The notes under the pieces were generated by a model. It did no database searches and had not been told where the DNA came from. It saw only the letters and a program-made list of their open reading frames with translations. Positions 20,690-30,345 of a stretch of 63,063 nt of DNA are shown in pieces. A program made the translations under genes and the position numbers. The DNA comes from Deltaproteobacteria bacterium (GTDB taxonomy: Bacteria; Desulfobacterota; Syntrophia; Syntrophales; UBA8958). The DNA is taken from contig JAKQIZ010000022.1 in NCBI GenBank assembly GCA_029561465.1, positions 1-63,063 of the forward strand, given 5' to 3'. How positions within the stretch are numbered: the stretch's first letter is position 1; each line of letters begins with the position of its first letter.

Positions 20690-20922
20690 TGGAGAATACC
20701 GATAACGATTATCTGGTGTTCATTTTCCCTTCCGTCAGCCACGCCCTGAAGGCGGAAAAACTCCTCAAGGCGGCGGGGGTGGCCCATAAGCTGATTCCGG
20801 TGCCCCGACACATCAGTTCGGATTGCGGCGTCTGCCTGCGGATCGCCAGGGCGCAGCGTCCCGGAGTGGCGGCGCTGCTCCAGGGCAAGGTGACCTGGGA
20901 AGGGGAGGCGCCCCTGGGGTAG
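20689..20922 (+). CDS. DUF3343 family protein (usual partner of YedF)
   Basis: 77 aa. YLVFIFPSVSHALKAEKLLKAAGVAHKLIPVPRHISSDCGVCLRI. Its start overlaps the yedF stop. Confidence 0.7.
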   Translation: MENTDNDYLVFIFPSVSHALKAEKLLKAAGVAHKLIPVPRHISSDCGVCLRIARAQRPGVAALLQGKVTWEGEAPLG

Positions 20923-21114
20923 GTCAAGAAGTATTGATCGGTTTATCCGGGGTGTTCCGGGAGTTTAGGGGCTTCAGCATATGGATCTCGAAGCTGTCGC
21001 AGTGCGGCTAAATGCTTGCTCGTAAATGCGAAACATTGGAAATGCACATGGTTAGCCGCGCTGGAATCGCGGCTTTACCGCCCGGCGACGGACGAAGAGG
21101 GGGGATACTGAAGG

Positions 21115-22287
21115 ATGGCAATGCACGAGCGAACAGGGCGGGTGATCTATTTCGACCATGCCGCCACCTCCTGGCCGAAGCCGCCGGCGACAACAGCGGC
21201 CATGGTTGAATACGCCGAGCGGATCGGCGGCAGTCCCGGCCGTTCCGGGCATCACCTCTCCCTGGCGGCGGGAAGGGTAATCCTGGAGGCCCGGGAGGCC
21301 CTGGCGGCGCTCTTCGGCATCGGCGACGCACTCCGTGTCGTTTTCACCAAGAACGCCACGGAGGCTCTCAATATTGTCCTTTTGGGGCTCCTACGTCCCG
21401 GCGATCACGTCCTGGCCTCAGGGATGGAGCACAATTCCGTCATGCGACCCCTGCGCCATCTGGAGAACCAGGGGGTAAGCTTGACCATAGTTCCCTGCGA
21501 CGGCGCCGGTCTCCTCGACCCTGACGACGTCAGGAGGGCCGTCGAACCCCGGAGTCGGCTTCTTGTGGTTACCCATGCCTCGAACGTGACGGGAACCATT
21601 CAGCCCGTCTCCGCGCTGGGCTGCATCGCCCGGGAGCACGGACTGCTGCTCTGCGTCGATGCCGCGCAGACCGCCGGGGCACTGCCCATAGACGTCGAGA
21701 AAATGGGGATCGATCTGCTGGCCTTCTCCGGCCATAAATCACTCTTCGGTCCCCAGGGAACCGGCGGCCTATATATCCGGGAGGACCTGGAAGGGCTGAT
21801 CCGGCCCCTCATGTTCGGCGGGACGGGAAGCCGCTCGGAGCACGAGGCCCAGCCCGAATTTCTTCCCGACCGATATGAGTCGGGAACTCCCAATACGATC
21901 GGGATCGCCGGACTGGGAGCGGGGGCGGGTTTCGTCTTGGCCGAAGGGGTGGATCGCATCCGTCGACGCGAGGAAGAGCTTACGGCCCGATTTCTTGCCG
22001 GAGCAGCATCCCTCCCCGGCATCAAGGTTTTCGGTCCGCCCGGCACGGCGGGACGTACGGCCGTTGTCTCCTTCCAGATCGACGACGTCGCCCCCTCCAC
22101 GGCGGCCCTGACCCTCGACGAGGAATTCGGGATCCTCTGCCGTCCCGGCCTCCACTGCTCCCCGGCCGCCCATCGCACCATCGGGACCTTTCCCCGGGGG
22201 ACGATCCGCTTCGGCTTCGGTTACTTCAACCGGGATCAAGAGGTGGATCAGGCCCTAACCGCCATCCGGGCCATCGCGGGGCGCTGA
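21115..22287 (+). CDS. Class V aminotransferase / cysteine desulfurase (selenocysteine lyase-like) family protein
   Basis: IYFDHAATSWPKP, HASNVTGT, and FSGHKSLFGPQGTGGL (PLP-Lys region). Confidence 0.8.
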   Translation: MAMHERTGRVIYFDHAATSWPKPPATTAAMVEYAERIGGSPGRSGHHLSLAAGRVILEAREALAALFGIGDALRVVFTKNATEALNIVLLGLLRPGDHVLASGMEHNSVMRPLRHLENQGVSLTIVPCDGAGLLDPDDVRRAVEPRSRLLVVTHASNVTGTIQPVSALGCIAREHGLLLCVDAAQTAGALPIDVEKMGIDLLAFSGHKSLFGPQGTGGLYIREDLEGLIRPLMFGGTGSRSEHEAQPEFLPDRYESGTPNTIGIAGLGAGAGFVLAEGVDRIRRREEELTARFLAGAASLPGIKVFGPPGTAGRTAVVSFQIDDVAPSTAALTLDEEFGILCRPGLHCSPAAHRTIGTFPRGTIRFGFGYFNRDQEVDQALTAIRAIAGR

Positions 22288-22321
22288 ATCCGCTAAATCC
22301 TCGGGCGGTTTTTAGCGATCG

Positions 22322-22712
22322 ATGTTGGGCCTGACCTCAGCAACACGCATCTACTTATGCCGGGGCTTCTGCGATATGCGCCAGCCTTTTGACTGCCTGT
22401 GCGGAATGATTTGTGCTGAACCGGGGGTATACCCCCTGTCGGGCTCCCTTTTCGTCTTCGTCAATCACCGTAGCATGGTCCAGATGCTTTACCGGCATCG
22501 CCGCGGTCTGGTGCTGTGGTAAAAACTCCTGGAGCAGGGCTGCTTTATTTTGCCTTCCCGGTATCCCGCCGGCGGCTGCATCGAGCATCTCGAACGGGTA
22601 GAGATCCTGCTTGATGTCCCCGAAAAGCAGGAGGTCAGCCCCGGAACAGGGGACCCCTGGCATGTGATCGGGGTGGAAGTTTCGGAGAAACCGGAGTACC
22701 GGGCGGCACTGA
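22322..22712 (+). pseudogene. Degraded IS66-family remnant (TnpB/Orf2 with an in-frame stop, fused to a fragment of the transposase)
   Basis: TRIYLCRGFCDMRQPFDCLCGMICAE...LSGSLFVFVNHR...LVLW*KLLEQGCFILP parallels IS66 Orf2 (V.DMRKGFDGL...G.LFVF.N.R...K.L.WD..G..L.YKRLE.G.F.WP), with TAA where Tyr is expected. The trailing HVIGVEVSEKPEYRAALIK resembles an internal IS66 transposase segment. Confidence 0.6.
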
Positions 22713-24164
22713 TCAAATCCCGGCGATCACGGCCGGTAATGCCGTCGCGGCGCTCCTGAGGAACTCCTCCGGCAGGATGCCCAAGAGGAAGGTCAGAACG
22801 ACGATGGCAGCGATCATGACGCCGATGAGGGTCGCACCCGCCGGCCGGGGCAGCGTCCCTTCCCAAGCCTCTTCCCCGGCCTCCTCCATGTACATGACCA
22901 TGACGACCCGCAGGTAATAGCAGAAGGAAACGATGGTAGTAATTATGGCGATGAGGACGACGCTCAGGTAGCCGGCGTCGATGCCGACCTTGAAGATATA
23001 GAACTTCGCAAAGAAGCCGCCCGTGGGCGGTATACCCGCCAGGGAAACCATGAAGACCGCCAGGGCGAAGGCATGCCGGGGATGCCGCGCGGCCAGTCCG
23101 GCCAAATCGTCGATTTGCAGCGTCCTGCCCTGACGCCGCGACAGATGGGATACGGAGGCGAAGGCCCCCAGGTTCATGAAGATATAGACGATCAGGTAAA
23201 AGGCGATGGCCGACGCCCCGCCTTCGGGAACGGCGAGGAGGCCGATGAGGATATAACCCGCCTGGGCGATCCCCGAATAGGCGAGCATCCGGACGATGCC
23301 GGTCTGCCGGAGGGCGGTAAAATTCCCGATGACCATGCCGGCCACGGACATGAAGATGACGGCGGCGGCGAAGGCTTCCCGGCCCGGTCCGGCGATTTCT
23401 GAAGCAAAACGGAGGAAAACGGCAAAGGCGGCGATCTTCGGCGCCACGGATATGAACGACGCCACACAGACCGGCGCCCCTTCATAGACATCGGGGGCCC
23501 ACATATGGAAGGGGGCGGCGGCGATCTTAAAGCCCAGGCCGGCGATCATCAGGGCGGCGCCGGCCTGGAGCAGCGCCGGGGCCGCGGCGGGAACGGCAAA
23601 GGCCGCCAGCTTCGTCGCTCCCGTGGCGCCATACCAAAGGGCAAGTCCCAATAGAAACAAGGCGGAGGAAAAGCTTCCCAGCAAGAAGTATTTTATCGCC
23701 CCTTCCATGCCCGCCCGCACGTCCTTCAGGAAACCGACCAGGACGTAAAGGGAGAGGGAGAGGATTTCAATGCCCAGGAAAATGACGAGGAGGTCCCCCG
23801 TGGAGGTCATGATCCCCGTCCCGATGAGGGCAAAAAGGAGGAGGCTGAAGTATTCGCCGGCATTTCTATGCTCCGGCAGGTAGTCATCGGCCAGGACGAA
23901 GGAGATGAGGGCGGCGATGAGGATCATCATTTGGAAGAGGAGGGCGCCGTTGTCCCGCGTGATGAGGCCGTCGAAGCCGCGGACGCCCTGATCCCAAAAA
24001 AATGCCAGGGCGGCCAGGGAGGCGACAACGGACGCGACGGCAACGGGAAAGATGCCCCGACCCCGGCCCGCGCCCCGGATAAAGAGGAGGACCGTCGCTC
24101 CGGCCAGGAGGAGCAACTCGGGCAGCAAGGAGATCAGATTGACGTTGGGAAGGATCATGCTCAT
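22713..24164 (-). CDS. nuoN: NADH-quinone oxidoreductase subunit N
   Basis: Polytopic antiporter-like protein starting MSMILPNVNLISLLPELLLLAG. Its ATG overlaps the nuoM stop. Only the last 483 codons of track ORF 22713..25583 are real. Confidence 0.85.
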   Translation of the reverse strand: MSMILPNVNLISLLPELLLLAGATVLLFIRGAGRGRGIFPVAVASVVASLAALAFFWDQGVRGFDGLITRDNGALLFQMMILIAALISFVLADDYLPEHRNAGEYFSLLLFALIGTGIMTSTGDLLVIFLGIEILSLSLYVLVGFLKDVRAGMEGAIKYFLLGSFSSALFLLGLALWYGATGATKLAAFAVPAAAPALLQAGAALMIAGLGFKIAAAPFHMWAPDVYEGAPVCVASFISVAPKIAAFAVFLRFASEIAGPGREAFAAAVIFMSVAGMVIGNFTALRQTGIVRMLAYSGIAQAGYILIGLLAVPEGGASAIAFYLIVYIFMNLGAFASVSHLSRRQGRTLQIDDLAGLAARHPRHAFALAVFMVSLAGIPPTGGFFAKFYIFKVGIDAGYLSVVLIAIITTIVSFCYYLRVVMVMYMEEAGEEAWEGTLPRPAGATLIGVMIAAIVVLTFLLGILPEEFLRSAATALPAVIAGI

Positions 24165-25750
24165 CGCTCGTCGCCTCCACGGTTTTTCATGACGATGGGA
24201 ACGGGGACAGGCGCCGCCGCCAGCCGGATCGTTTCCGAGGGGCTGTCCGCCTTTATAGCCGGGGCGGAGATCAATTGCCGGGAGACCGTCGCGATGCGGT
24301 CCGTCAGGTACGCAGGATAGAGGCCGATGGCGAAAACGAGGAGCGTCAGGGGGATCATGACCGCCTGCTCCCGAAAAGACAGATCCGACGGCGTCTCGGA
24401 ACGCCCCGAGCGGTCCGACTCGAAAAAGACCCGCTGGACCATCCAGAGCATATAGACGGCCCCGAGGATCAGGGTCGTGGCCGACAGGGCGCCGATCCAC
24501 CATTGGTAGCGGAAGGCGCCCAGCAGGAGGAGGAACTCCCCGACAAAGCCATTGAGTCCGGGCAGTCCCAGGGACGACAGGGTCATGATGACGAAGAACG
24601 TCGCCAGGACCGGCGTCCGGGCCGCCATGCCTCCCAGCCTGTTCATGTCCCGCGTCTTTTGCCGCTCGTAGAGGGCCCCGACGAGGATAAAGAGGGCCCC
24701 TGTGCTGAGGCCGTGATTGACCATCTGGATGATGCCCCCCTGCATCCCCGCCAAATTGCCCGCCATAACGCCCACCACGATAAGCCCCATGTGGCTGACG
24801 CTCGAATAGGCCACCAGCTTCTTCAGGTCGTCCTGGGCAAAGGCCGTGAAGGCGCCGTAGATGACGCCGATGACGCCCAAGGCGATGATCGCCGGGGTGA
24901 AATATAGGGTCGCTTCGGGCAGGAGGGGCAGGCAGAAGCGGAGGAGGCCGTAAATACCCATTTTCAGAAGCACTCCCGCCAGGATGACGCTTCCCGCCGT
25001 CGGGGCTTCCACATGGGCGTCGGGAAGCCAGGTGTGAAAGGGGAAGATGGGAACCTTGACGGCAAAGGCCGCAAAGAAGAGGACAAAAATCCCGTACTGC
25101 CATCGGGACGGAACGTTCAGCGTCAGCCAGGAGACCATGTCGAAGGTGAAGACGCCGCCGATTTGCCGGTGCAAAAAGGCCATAATTATCAGGCCGATGA
25201 GGAGAAAGACGCTTCCCGCCATGGTGTAGATAATGAACTTGAGGGCGGCGTAGCGGCGGTTGGCGCTGCCCCAGATCCCGATGATGAGGAACATGGGGAT
25301 GAGCATCGCCTCCCAGAAGACATAGAACAAAACGGCGTCGAGGGAGGTAAAGACGCCGAGAATCCCCGTTTCCAGGACAAGAAAGGAGATGAAGTAGGCC
25401 TTTTCCTTGCTCTCGATCCTGTTCCAGGACACCAAGACGGCGGCGATGGAGAGCAGGCCCGTCAAGGGCAGCATGAACATGGAAAGACCGTCGATGCCCA
25501 GGTGATATGAGATCCCCAGGGCGGCGATCCAGGGCGCCTGCTCGACAAACTGAAAGCCCGCCGCCTCGGGGCGGAACTGCCAAAGGGGCAGCAGGGTCAG
25601 GGCGAAGGTCGCCAGGGTCGTCGTCAGGGCGACGCCCTGAATGCCCTGCCTGCCTTTTGCCAGAAGGACGGACGCGGCGCCGGCCAGGGGCAGAAAGACG
25701 ATGATCGTCAAGAGGGGAATGTCGGCGTTGAAAAGCATACTTGTTTGCAT
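24161..25750 (-). CDS. nuoM: NADH-quinone oxidoreductase subunit M
   Basis: 529-aa antiporter-like subunit (WLPDAHVEAPTAGSVILAGVLLKMG). Operon position supports the call. Confidence 0.9.
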   Translation of the reverse strand: MQTSMLFNADIPLLTIIVFLPLAGAASVLLAKGRQGIQGVALTTTLATFALTLLPLWQFRPEAAGFQFVEQAPWIAALGISYHLGIDGLSMFMLPLTGLLSIAAVLVSWNRIESKEKAYFISFLVLETGILGVFTSLDAVLFYVFWEAMLIPMFLIIGIWGSANRRYAALKFIIYTMAGSVFLLIGLIIMAFLHRQIGGVFTFDMVSWLTLNVPSRWQYGIFVLFFAAFAVKVPIFPFHTWLPDAHVEAPTAGSVILAGVLLKMGIYGLLRFCLPLLPEATLYFTPAIIALGVIGVIYGAFTAFAQDDLKKLVAYSSVSHMGLIVVGVMAGNLAGMQGGIIQMVNHGLSTGALFILVGALYERQKTRDMNRLGGMAARTPVLATFFVIMTLSSLGLPGLNGFVGEFLLLLGAFRYQWWIGALSATTLILGAVYMLWMVQRVFFESDRSGRSETPSDLSFREQAVMIPLTLLVFAIGLYPAYLTDRIATVSRQLISAPAIKADSPSETIRLAAAPVPVPIVMKNRGGDER

Positions 25751-25755
25751 CTCCT

Positions 25756-27663
25756 TTAAAATAATCCGGCGAAATAGAGGGCCGTCCCGAGCACGATAAA
25801 GGTCCCGGCCAGGACGGCGAAGGCGTAATGGCCGATCTCGCCGGTCTGCAAGGCCGCCAGGAGCCGTCCGGCCAGCACGGCCAGATGTCCCGCGCCGTTC
25901 ACCATGCCGTCGATGATCCGGCTATCGATGATCCGGGCGCAGAAGCGGGCCGTCATCCGCACGGGCCGCACCAACAGGATGTCGTTGATCCCATCCAGGC
26001 CGAACCCGCCGGCAAGAAGGGACGCCGCATTCGGAAAGTCGTCTCCCAGGACCGCCATCCGGTCTCTATTTTTGATGAAGAGATAAACGGCCGCCGCCAG
26101 GACCGCCACGATGACCGCCCCCGAGAAGATCGTCAAAATTATTTCCATCTTGTGCATAATTTCTTCCGGGCCGTCCCCGCTGAGAGCAACGGGGAAAGCG
26201 AGGAAACGGGATAGGAGAGTGTCTTTCGTGAACATGGGCAACCCCAGCAGGCCGGCCGTCACGGCGCCGGCGGCGAGAATCACGAGCGGCGCCACCACGG
26301 GAAGGGCGGGCCGGTGGAGATGTCCTTCATATCTTTTTTCCCCGAAAAAGACCGCGAAGAGCTTCCCGCAGTAAAGGGCCGTAATAAGGGCGCCGGCAAA
26401 GGCGATAAGCCAGAAATTCATCCCGAAATGCTCGTAGCCGCCCCACAGAACGGCATCCTTGCTGAAGAATCCGGCCAGGGGAAAGACGCCGGCCAGCGCC
26501 AGGAGACCGGCGATGAAGGCTACGGCCGTTGCGGGAATCTCCCGGAAGAGGCCGCCCATGCGGCTTATATCCTGCTCGCCCTTCAGGGCGTGGATCACCG
26601 CCCCGGCGCCGAGGAAGAGGAGCCCCTTGAATATCCCGTGGGTCACGAGGTGAAATATCCCGGCGGCGTATATGCCGCTCCCCACGGCAACGAACATGTA
26701 GCCGATCTGGCTCACCGTGGAATAGGCGAGGACCCGCTTGATGTCCCGCTGCCCCAGGGCGGACAGAGCCGCATAAACGGCGGTGATGAGTCCCACGGCG
26801 GCAATGACGGCAAGGACTTCCGGGCTCTGCGCAAGGAGGGGGGAGATGCGGCACATGAGATAGACCCCGGCGTTGACCATGGTGGCGGCATGGATGAGGG
26901 CCGAAACGGGCGTGGGTCCCTCCATGGCATCGGGAAGCCAGACATGGAGGGGGAACTGGGCGGATTTTCCCATAGCCCCCATAAACAGGAGGAGGGCCAT
27001 CAGGGTGATCATGCCCGGGGCGGCGCCGTGAGCGCCCCCGACCAACGTGGCCAGCTCACGGTAATCCACCGTTTCAAAGACCACGATGATGAGGAGAATG
27101 CCCAGAATGAAGCCGCAATCGCCGATCCGGTTGACGATGAAGGCCTTGCGGCCGGCGTCGCAGGCCGATTTTTTCTCATGCCAGAACCCGATGAGGAGGT
27201 AGGAGCAGAGCCCCACCCCTTCCCAACCGACAAAGGTCAGGATCAGATTGTCCGCCAGGACCAGGAGGAGCATGAAAAAGACAAAGAGATTGAGATAGAC
27301 GAAGAAGCGCCGGTAACCGCCGTCGCCCCGCATATAGCCTGTCGAGTAGATATGGATCAAAAAGGCGATGCCCAGGACCACAAGGACCATGACCATGGCC
27401 AGGGGGTCCAGGAGGAGGCCGACGCGAATCTGCAGGGCGCCGTCGGCAAGCCAGGTATAGAGCGTCGTCGCTACGGTGCGGGCGGCAGGCGCCGCCGCCG
27501 TCATCTCGAGGAAAAAACCGAGGGCCACGGTTAGGGATAACCCTACGGACGCGACGGCGACGGCGGCGATAACCGGCGTCGGAAAACGACGGCCCGCCAG
27601 GCCGTTCACGAGGACGCCCAGGGCCGGAAAGACAAGGAGAAGCCACAGCGATTCGGGGTTCAT
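25756..27663 (-). CDS. nuoL: NADH-quinone oxidoreductase subunit L
   Basis: Starts MNPESLWLLLVFPALG at ATG 27663. WLPDAMEGPTPVSALIHAATMV. The upstream 119 codons of the track ORF overlap nuoK out of frame. Confidence 0.9.
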   Translation of the reverse strand: MNPESLWLLLVFPALGVLVNGLAGRRFPTPVIAAVAVASVGLSLTVALGFFLEMTAAAPAARTVATTLYTWLADGALQIRVGLLLDPLAMVMVLVVLGIAFLIHIYSTGYMRGDGGYRRFFVYLNLFVFFMLLLVLADNLILTFVGWEGVGLCSYLLIGFWHEKKSACDAGRKAFIVNRIGDCGFILGILLIIVVFETVDYRELATLVGGAHGAAPGMITLMALLLFMGAMGKSAQFPLHVWLPDAMEGPTPVSALIHAATMVNAGVYLMCRISPLLAQSPEVLAVIAAVGLITAVYAALSALGQRDIKRVLAYSTVSQIGYMFVAVGSGIYAAGIFHLVTHGIFKGLLFLGAGAVIHALKGEQDISRMGGLFREIPATAVAFIAGLLALAGVFPLAGFFSKDAVLWGGYEHFGMNFWLIAFAGALITALYCGKLFAVFFGEKRYEGHLHRPALPVVAPLVILAAGAVTAGLLGLPMFTKDTLLSRFLAFPVALSGDGPEEIMHKMEIILTIFSGAVIVAVLAAAVYLFIKNRDRMAVLGDDFPNAASLLAGGFGLDGINDILLVRPVRMTARFCARIIDSRIIDGMVNGAGHLAVLAGRLLAALQTGEIGHYAFAVLAGTFIVLGTALYFAGLF

Positions 27664-27668
27664 GGAAA

Positions 27669-27968
27669 TTATCCTTTCAACTCCTTGATGATGCTCATAT
27701 CGAGGGTCCGGTGACTCCCGTACAGGGCGATGATGATTCCCAGCCCTACGGCCGCCTCGGCGGCGGCGACGGTCATGATGATGAAGATGAACACCTGCCC
27801 CTCCGTGCCGTAGAGATAACGGGCAAAGGCCGCAAAGATGAGATTGACGGCATTGAGCATGATTTCGATGCAGAGGAGAAGAACGACGGCGTTTCTCCGG
27901 AGGAAGAATCCCGCCGCGCCGACGGCAAAGAGGATCAGGCCGAGTCCGACAAAAGAATACAGGGTCAT
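27669..27968 (-). CDS. nuoK: NADH-quinone oxidoreductase subunit K
   Basis: 99 aa with three transmembrane helices, LLCIEIMLNAVNL...AAAEAAVGLGI. Confidence 0.9.
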   Translation of the reverse strand: MTLYSFVGLGLILFAVGAAGFFLRRNAVVLLLCIEIMLNAVNLIFAAFARYLYGTEGQVFIFIIMTVAAAEAAVGLGIIIALYGSHRTLDMSIIKELKG

Positions 27969-28471
27969 GACTCTTTTTTCTCCTTTCTGCTGATGACGAT
28001 GGCGCCGACGGCGGCGGCAAAGAGGAGAACGGACGTCAACTCGAAGATCAGCAGATGCCTGGTGAAGAGATCGACGGCAAGCTGCCTGATCCCCGGCGCC
28101 GGCGGCAGGAACGCCCCTTTGGCCAGTGTCCTCTCCCCCAGGGCCAGCCAGGCCAGGGCGGCGACTCCGACGGCGGACAGCACGGCGGGGATCGCCGCCC
28201 CCGCCAGGGCGGCAAAGGGCTTGCGGACCGAAGCCTCCTTCAAATTCAAAAGCATGACGACAAAGACAAAAAGGACGAGGACGGCGCCCACATAAACGAT
28301 AACCTGGAAAAACGCTACCAGTGGGGCTCCCATGAGGACATACAGCCCGGCCAGGACGAGCATGAAGGCCAGGAGCGACATGACGCCGTTGATTGCCTTT
28401 TTGAAGAAAACGACAGCCAAAGCCGCGACGACGGCCAGGGTTGATAATGTCCAGAAGATGACTGTTTCCAT
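27965..28471 (-). CDS. nuoJ: NADH-quinone oxidoreductase subunit J
   Basis: METVIFWTLSTLAVVAALAVVFFKKAINGVMSLL. Its ATG overlaps the nuoI stop (TAATG). Confidence 0.85.
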   Translation of the reverse strand: METVIFWTLSTLAVVAALAVVFFKKAINGVMSLLAFMLVLAGLYVLMGAPLVAFFQVIVYVGAVLVLFVFVVMLLNLKEASVRKPFAALAGAAIPAVLSAVGVAALAWLALGERTLAKGAFLPPAPGIRQLAVDLFTRHLLIFELTSVLLFAAAVGAIVISRKEKKES

Positions 28472-28905
28472 TATCCCCTCCCTGGCCCCGCAGAAGTCCG
28501 CCGACATGTTTCCTTCTGCAACTCTTCGGTTTTCATGATGAGCTCCTCTTTTCGATATGCCGCCAGTTCATAGTCCCGGCCCATGCGGATGGCCGCCACC
28601 GGGCAGGCCTCCACGCAGAGGCCGCAGAAGGAACAGCGATTGAGATCCAGTCTGTAGGACTGCAAGCGGCGGACGCCGTCGCTTCCCGTTTCCGGAATCA
28701 CGGAAATGCAGAGGGACGGGCAGATGCGCTCGCATAGACCGCAGGCCACACAGAGGGCCTTGCCGTCCGCCCCGGAGATCAGGACCGGCCGGCCCCGGAA
28801 CCGTTCCGGCACGGGCCGCTTGACCTCGGGATAGGGGATCGTCTCCGCCTTCCGGAAAAAATGTCTGAGGGTGAGCAGCAACCCCCGCAGTAGTGCCTTG
28901 CCCAT
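28471..28905 (-). CDS. nuoI: NADH-quinone oxidoreductase subunit I (2x[4Fe-4S])
   Basis: CVACGLCERICP and CSFCGLCVEACP. ATG 28905 follows AAGGAG. Confidence 0.9.
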   Translation of the reverse strand: MGKALLRGLLLTLRHFFRKAETIPYPEVKRPVPERFRGRPVLISGADGKALCVACGLCERICPSLCISVIPETGSDGVRRLQSYRLDLNRCSFCGLCVEACPVAAIRMGRDYELAAYRKEELIMKTEELQKETCRRTSAGPGRG

Positions 28906-28951
28906 CTTCACTCCTTAATCCCCTTCCAAATCAAATCGCTATCTTTGGCAG

Positions 28952-29071
28952 CTTCGTAAAAAGTCCGGATGCTGCGTTGCGCTGCATCCTTCGTCAATGC
29001 GGCGTACGTACACCAAAGTACGCCTCTTTCCTCAGGATTTGCACGCCTTGCCTGCGGATCTTTTTACGAAG
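28952..29071 (+). repeat. Hairpin repeat family A, copy 2 (in the nuoH-nuoI spacer)
   Basis: Bounded by CTTCGTAAAAAG / CTTTTTACGAAG. Its interior is homologous to 18878..19003. A 16-nt direct repeat ATCTTTGGC(A/T)GCTTCG is found at 28941..28956 and 29111..29126. Confidence 0.8.
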
Positions 29072-29148
29072 CCGCCGAATTATACGCCCTTTTCGACTTT
29101 TCCGAGATCGTCATCTTTGGCTGCTTCGCCGTTGCTTTGGTATCGCCG

Positions 29149-30111
29149 CTATGTTTGCAACACCACAAAAGCCGCCGTAATCAGGAGGTTCAGGAAGGCC
29201 AGGGGCGTCAAAACCTTCCAGGAAAACATCATCAACTGATCATACCGTATCCGGGGGAAAGTGGCCCGGACCCAGATGAAGACAAAAAACACGGCAAACA
29301 GCTTGATGCCGAACCATACCAAAGCCGGCAGCAGCGGCCCGTTCCAGCCTCCCAGGAAAAGGAGGGTTACGAGGAATGACGCCAGGAGCAGGTGGGCGTA
29401 TTCGGCCATGTAAAAGAGTCCGAATTTCATGGAGGAGTATTCCGTTTGATAGCCGGCGACGAGTTCGTTTTCGCATTCCAAAAGATCGAAGGGCGTCCGG
29501 TTCGTCTCGGCGGACAGGGCGACGACAAAGATGAGAAAGCCCAGCGGTTGCTTTACGATGAACCACAGGCCCACCTGAGCCTTGACGATGTCCGTCAGGC
29601 TGAGCGATCCGGCCAGAACGACCACCCCGACCAGGGAGAGGGCCAGGGGGATCTCGTAGCTGATCATCTGGGCCGCCCCCCGCATGCCTCCCAAGAGGGA
29701 GTATTTGTTGCCCGACGACCAGCCGCCGAGGAGAACGCCATAAACCCCGAGGGAGGAAAAGGCCATGACATAGAGGACCGCCAGGGAGATGTCAGCGACA
29801 TAAAACCGTTCCGACATGGGCACCACGGCAAAACAGACGAGGACGGAGACCAGGGAGATGACGGGGGCCAGGGTAAAATAAAACCGCTGGGCGTGGGAAA
29901 CCGTCATGTCTTCCTTGAAAAATAGCTTGATCCCGTCGGCAATGGGCTGGAGGAGACCCAGGGGACCGACGCGGTTCGGACCCATCCGGACCTGGAAAAA
30001 GCCCAGAAAGCGCCTTTCCATGAGGGTCATGTACGCGACGAGGCCCATGACAACGGAAAAGAAGACGACGATCCTGATGAGGTCGTAGATCATATCCGTG
30101 GAAAATATCAT
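29149..30111 (-). CDS. nuoH: NADH-quinone oxidoreductase subunit H
   Basis: LMERRFLGFFQVRMGPNRVGPLGLLQPIADGIKLFFKED. ATG follows AAGGAG. Confidence 0.9.
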   Translation of the reverse strand: MIFSTDMIYDLIRIVVFFSVVMGLVAYMTLMERRFLGFFQVRMGPNRVGPLGLLQPIADGIKLFFKEDMTVSHAQRFYFTLAPVISLVSVLVCFAVVPMSERFYVADISLAVLYVMAFSSLGVYGVLLGGWSSGNKYSLLGGMRGAAQMISYEIPLALSLVGVVVLAGSLSLTDIVKAQVGLWFIVKQPLGFLIFVVALSAETNRTPFDLLECENELVAGYQTEYSSMKFGLFYMAEYAHLLLASFLVTLLFLGGWNGPLLPALVWFGIKLFAVFFVFIWVRATFPRIRYDQLMMFSWKVLTPLAFLNLLITAAFVVLQT

Positions 30112-30194
30112 TGCCCATTCTCCTTTAAAATACCTTCAGCATTCATTGCTTACCCATCCCCCTCCGGGCCGCTTCCTTTGCTTTTCGTCTAAAA

Positions 30195-30345
30195 AAGCAC
30201 ACCTATATAGTTGTCTTTCTTCACTAATTAACTTTCTCACCTTCAAGGGGAGGATTGAGGTGGGGATGGGTTTATCAAATTACCCAATCCCCCTCTTTAT
30301 CTCCCCCTTGAAGGGGGAGATATATATTCTCATCCCCATTTGTGA
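30195..30345. repeat. Repeat family B, inverted copy plus an adjacent partial copy (in the nuoG-nuoH spacer)
   Basis: The reverse complement of 30195..30290 aligns with 6843..6920 (ACCCATCCCCACCT...AATTAGTGAA...ATAGG). The second part contains a perfect hairpin TCTCCCCCT-TGA-AGGGGGAGA. Confidence 0.7.

Noticed and set aside
22713-25583. 956-aa ORF that looks like a giant fusion protein
   Set aside because: Only the C-terminal 483 codons (from MSMILPNV, 24164) are NuoN. The upstream part is an Arg/Gly/Pro-rich out-of-frame read-through across nuoM. The same applies to the N-terminal extensions of 25756..28020 (nuoL), 30367..32982 (nuoG), 32858..34825 (nuoF), 35031..35660 (nuoE), 12871..13884 and 14653..15135.
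28893-29180. Short ORFs encoding FVKSPDAALRCILRQCGV...-type peptides (also 60305..60742, 28969..29379 and 59935..60288)
   Set aside because: They lie entirely within the hairpin or direct repeats. Copies differ by compensatory stem changes and indels that do not preserve a reading frame, and orientation differs between copies.
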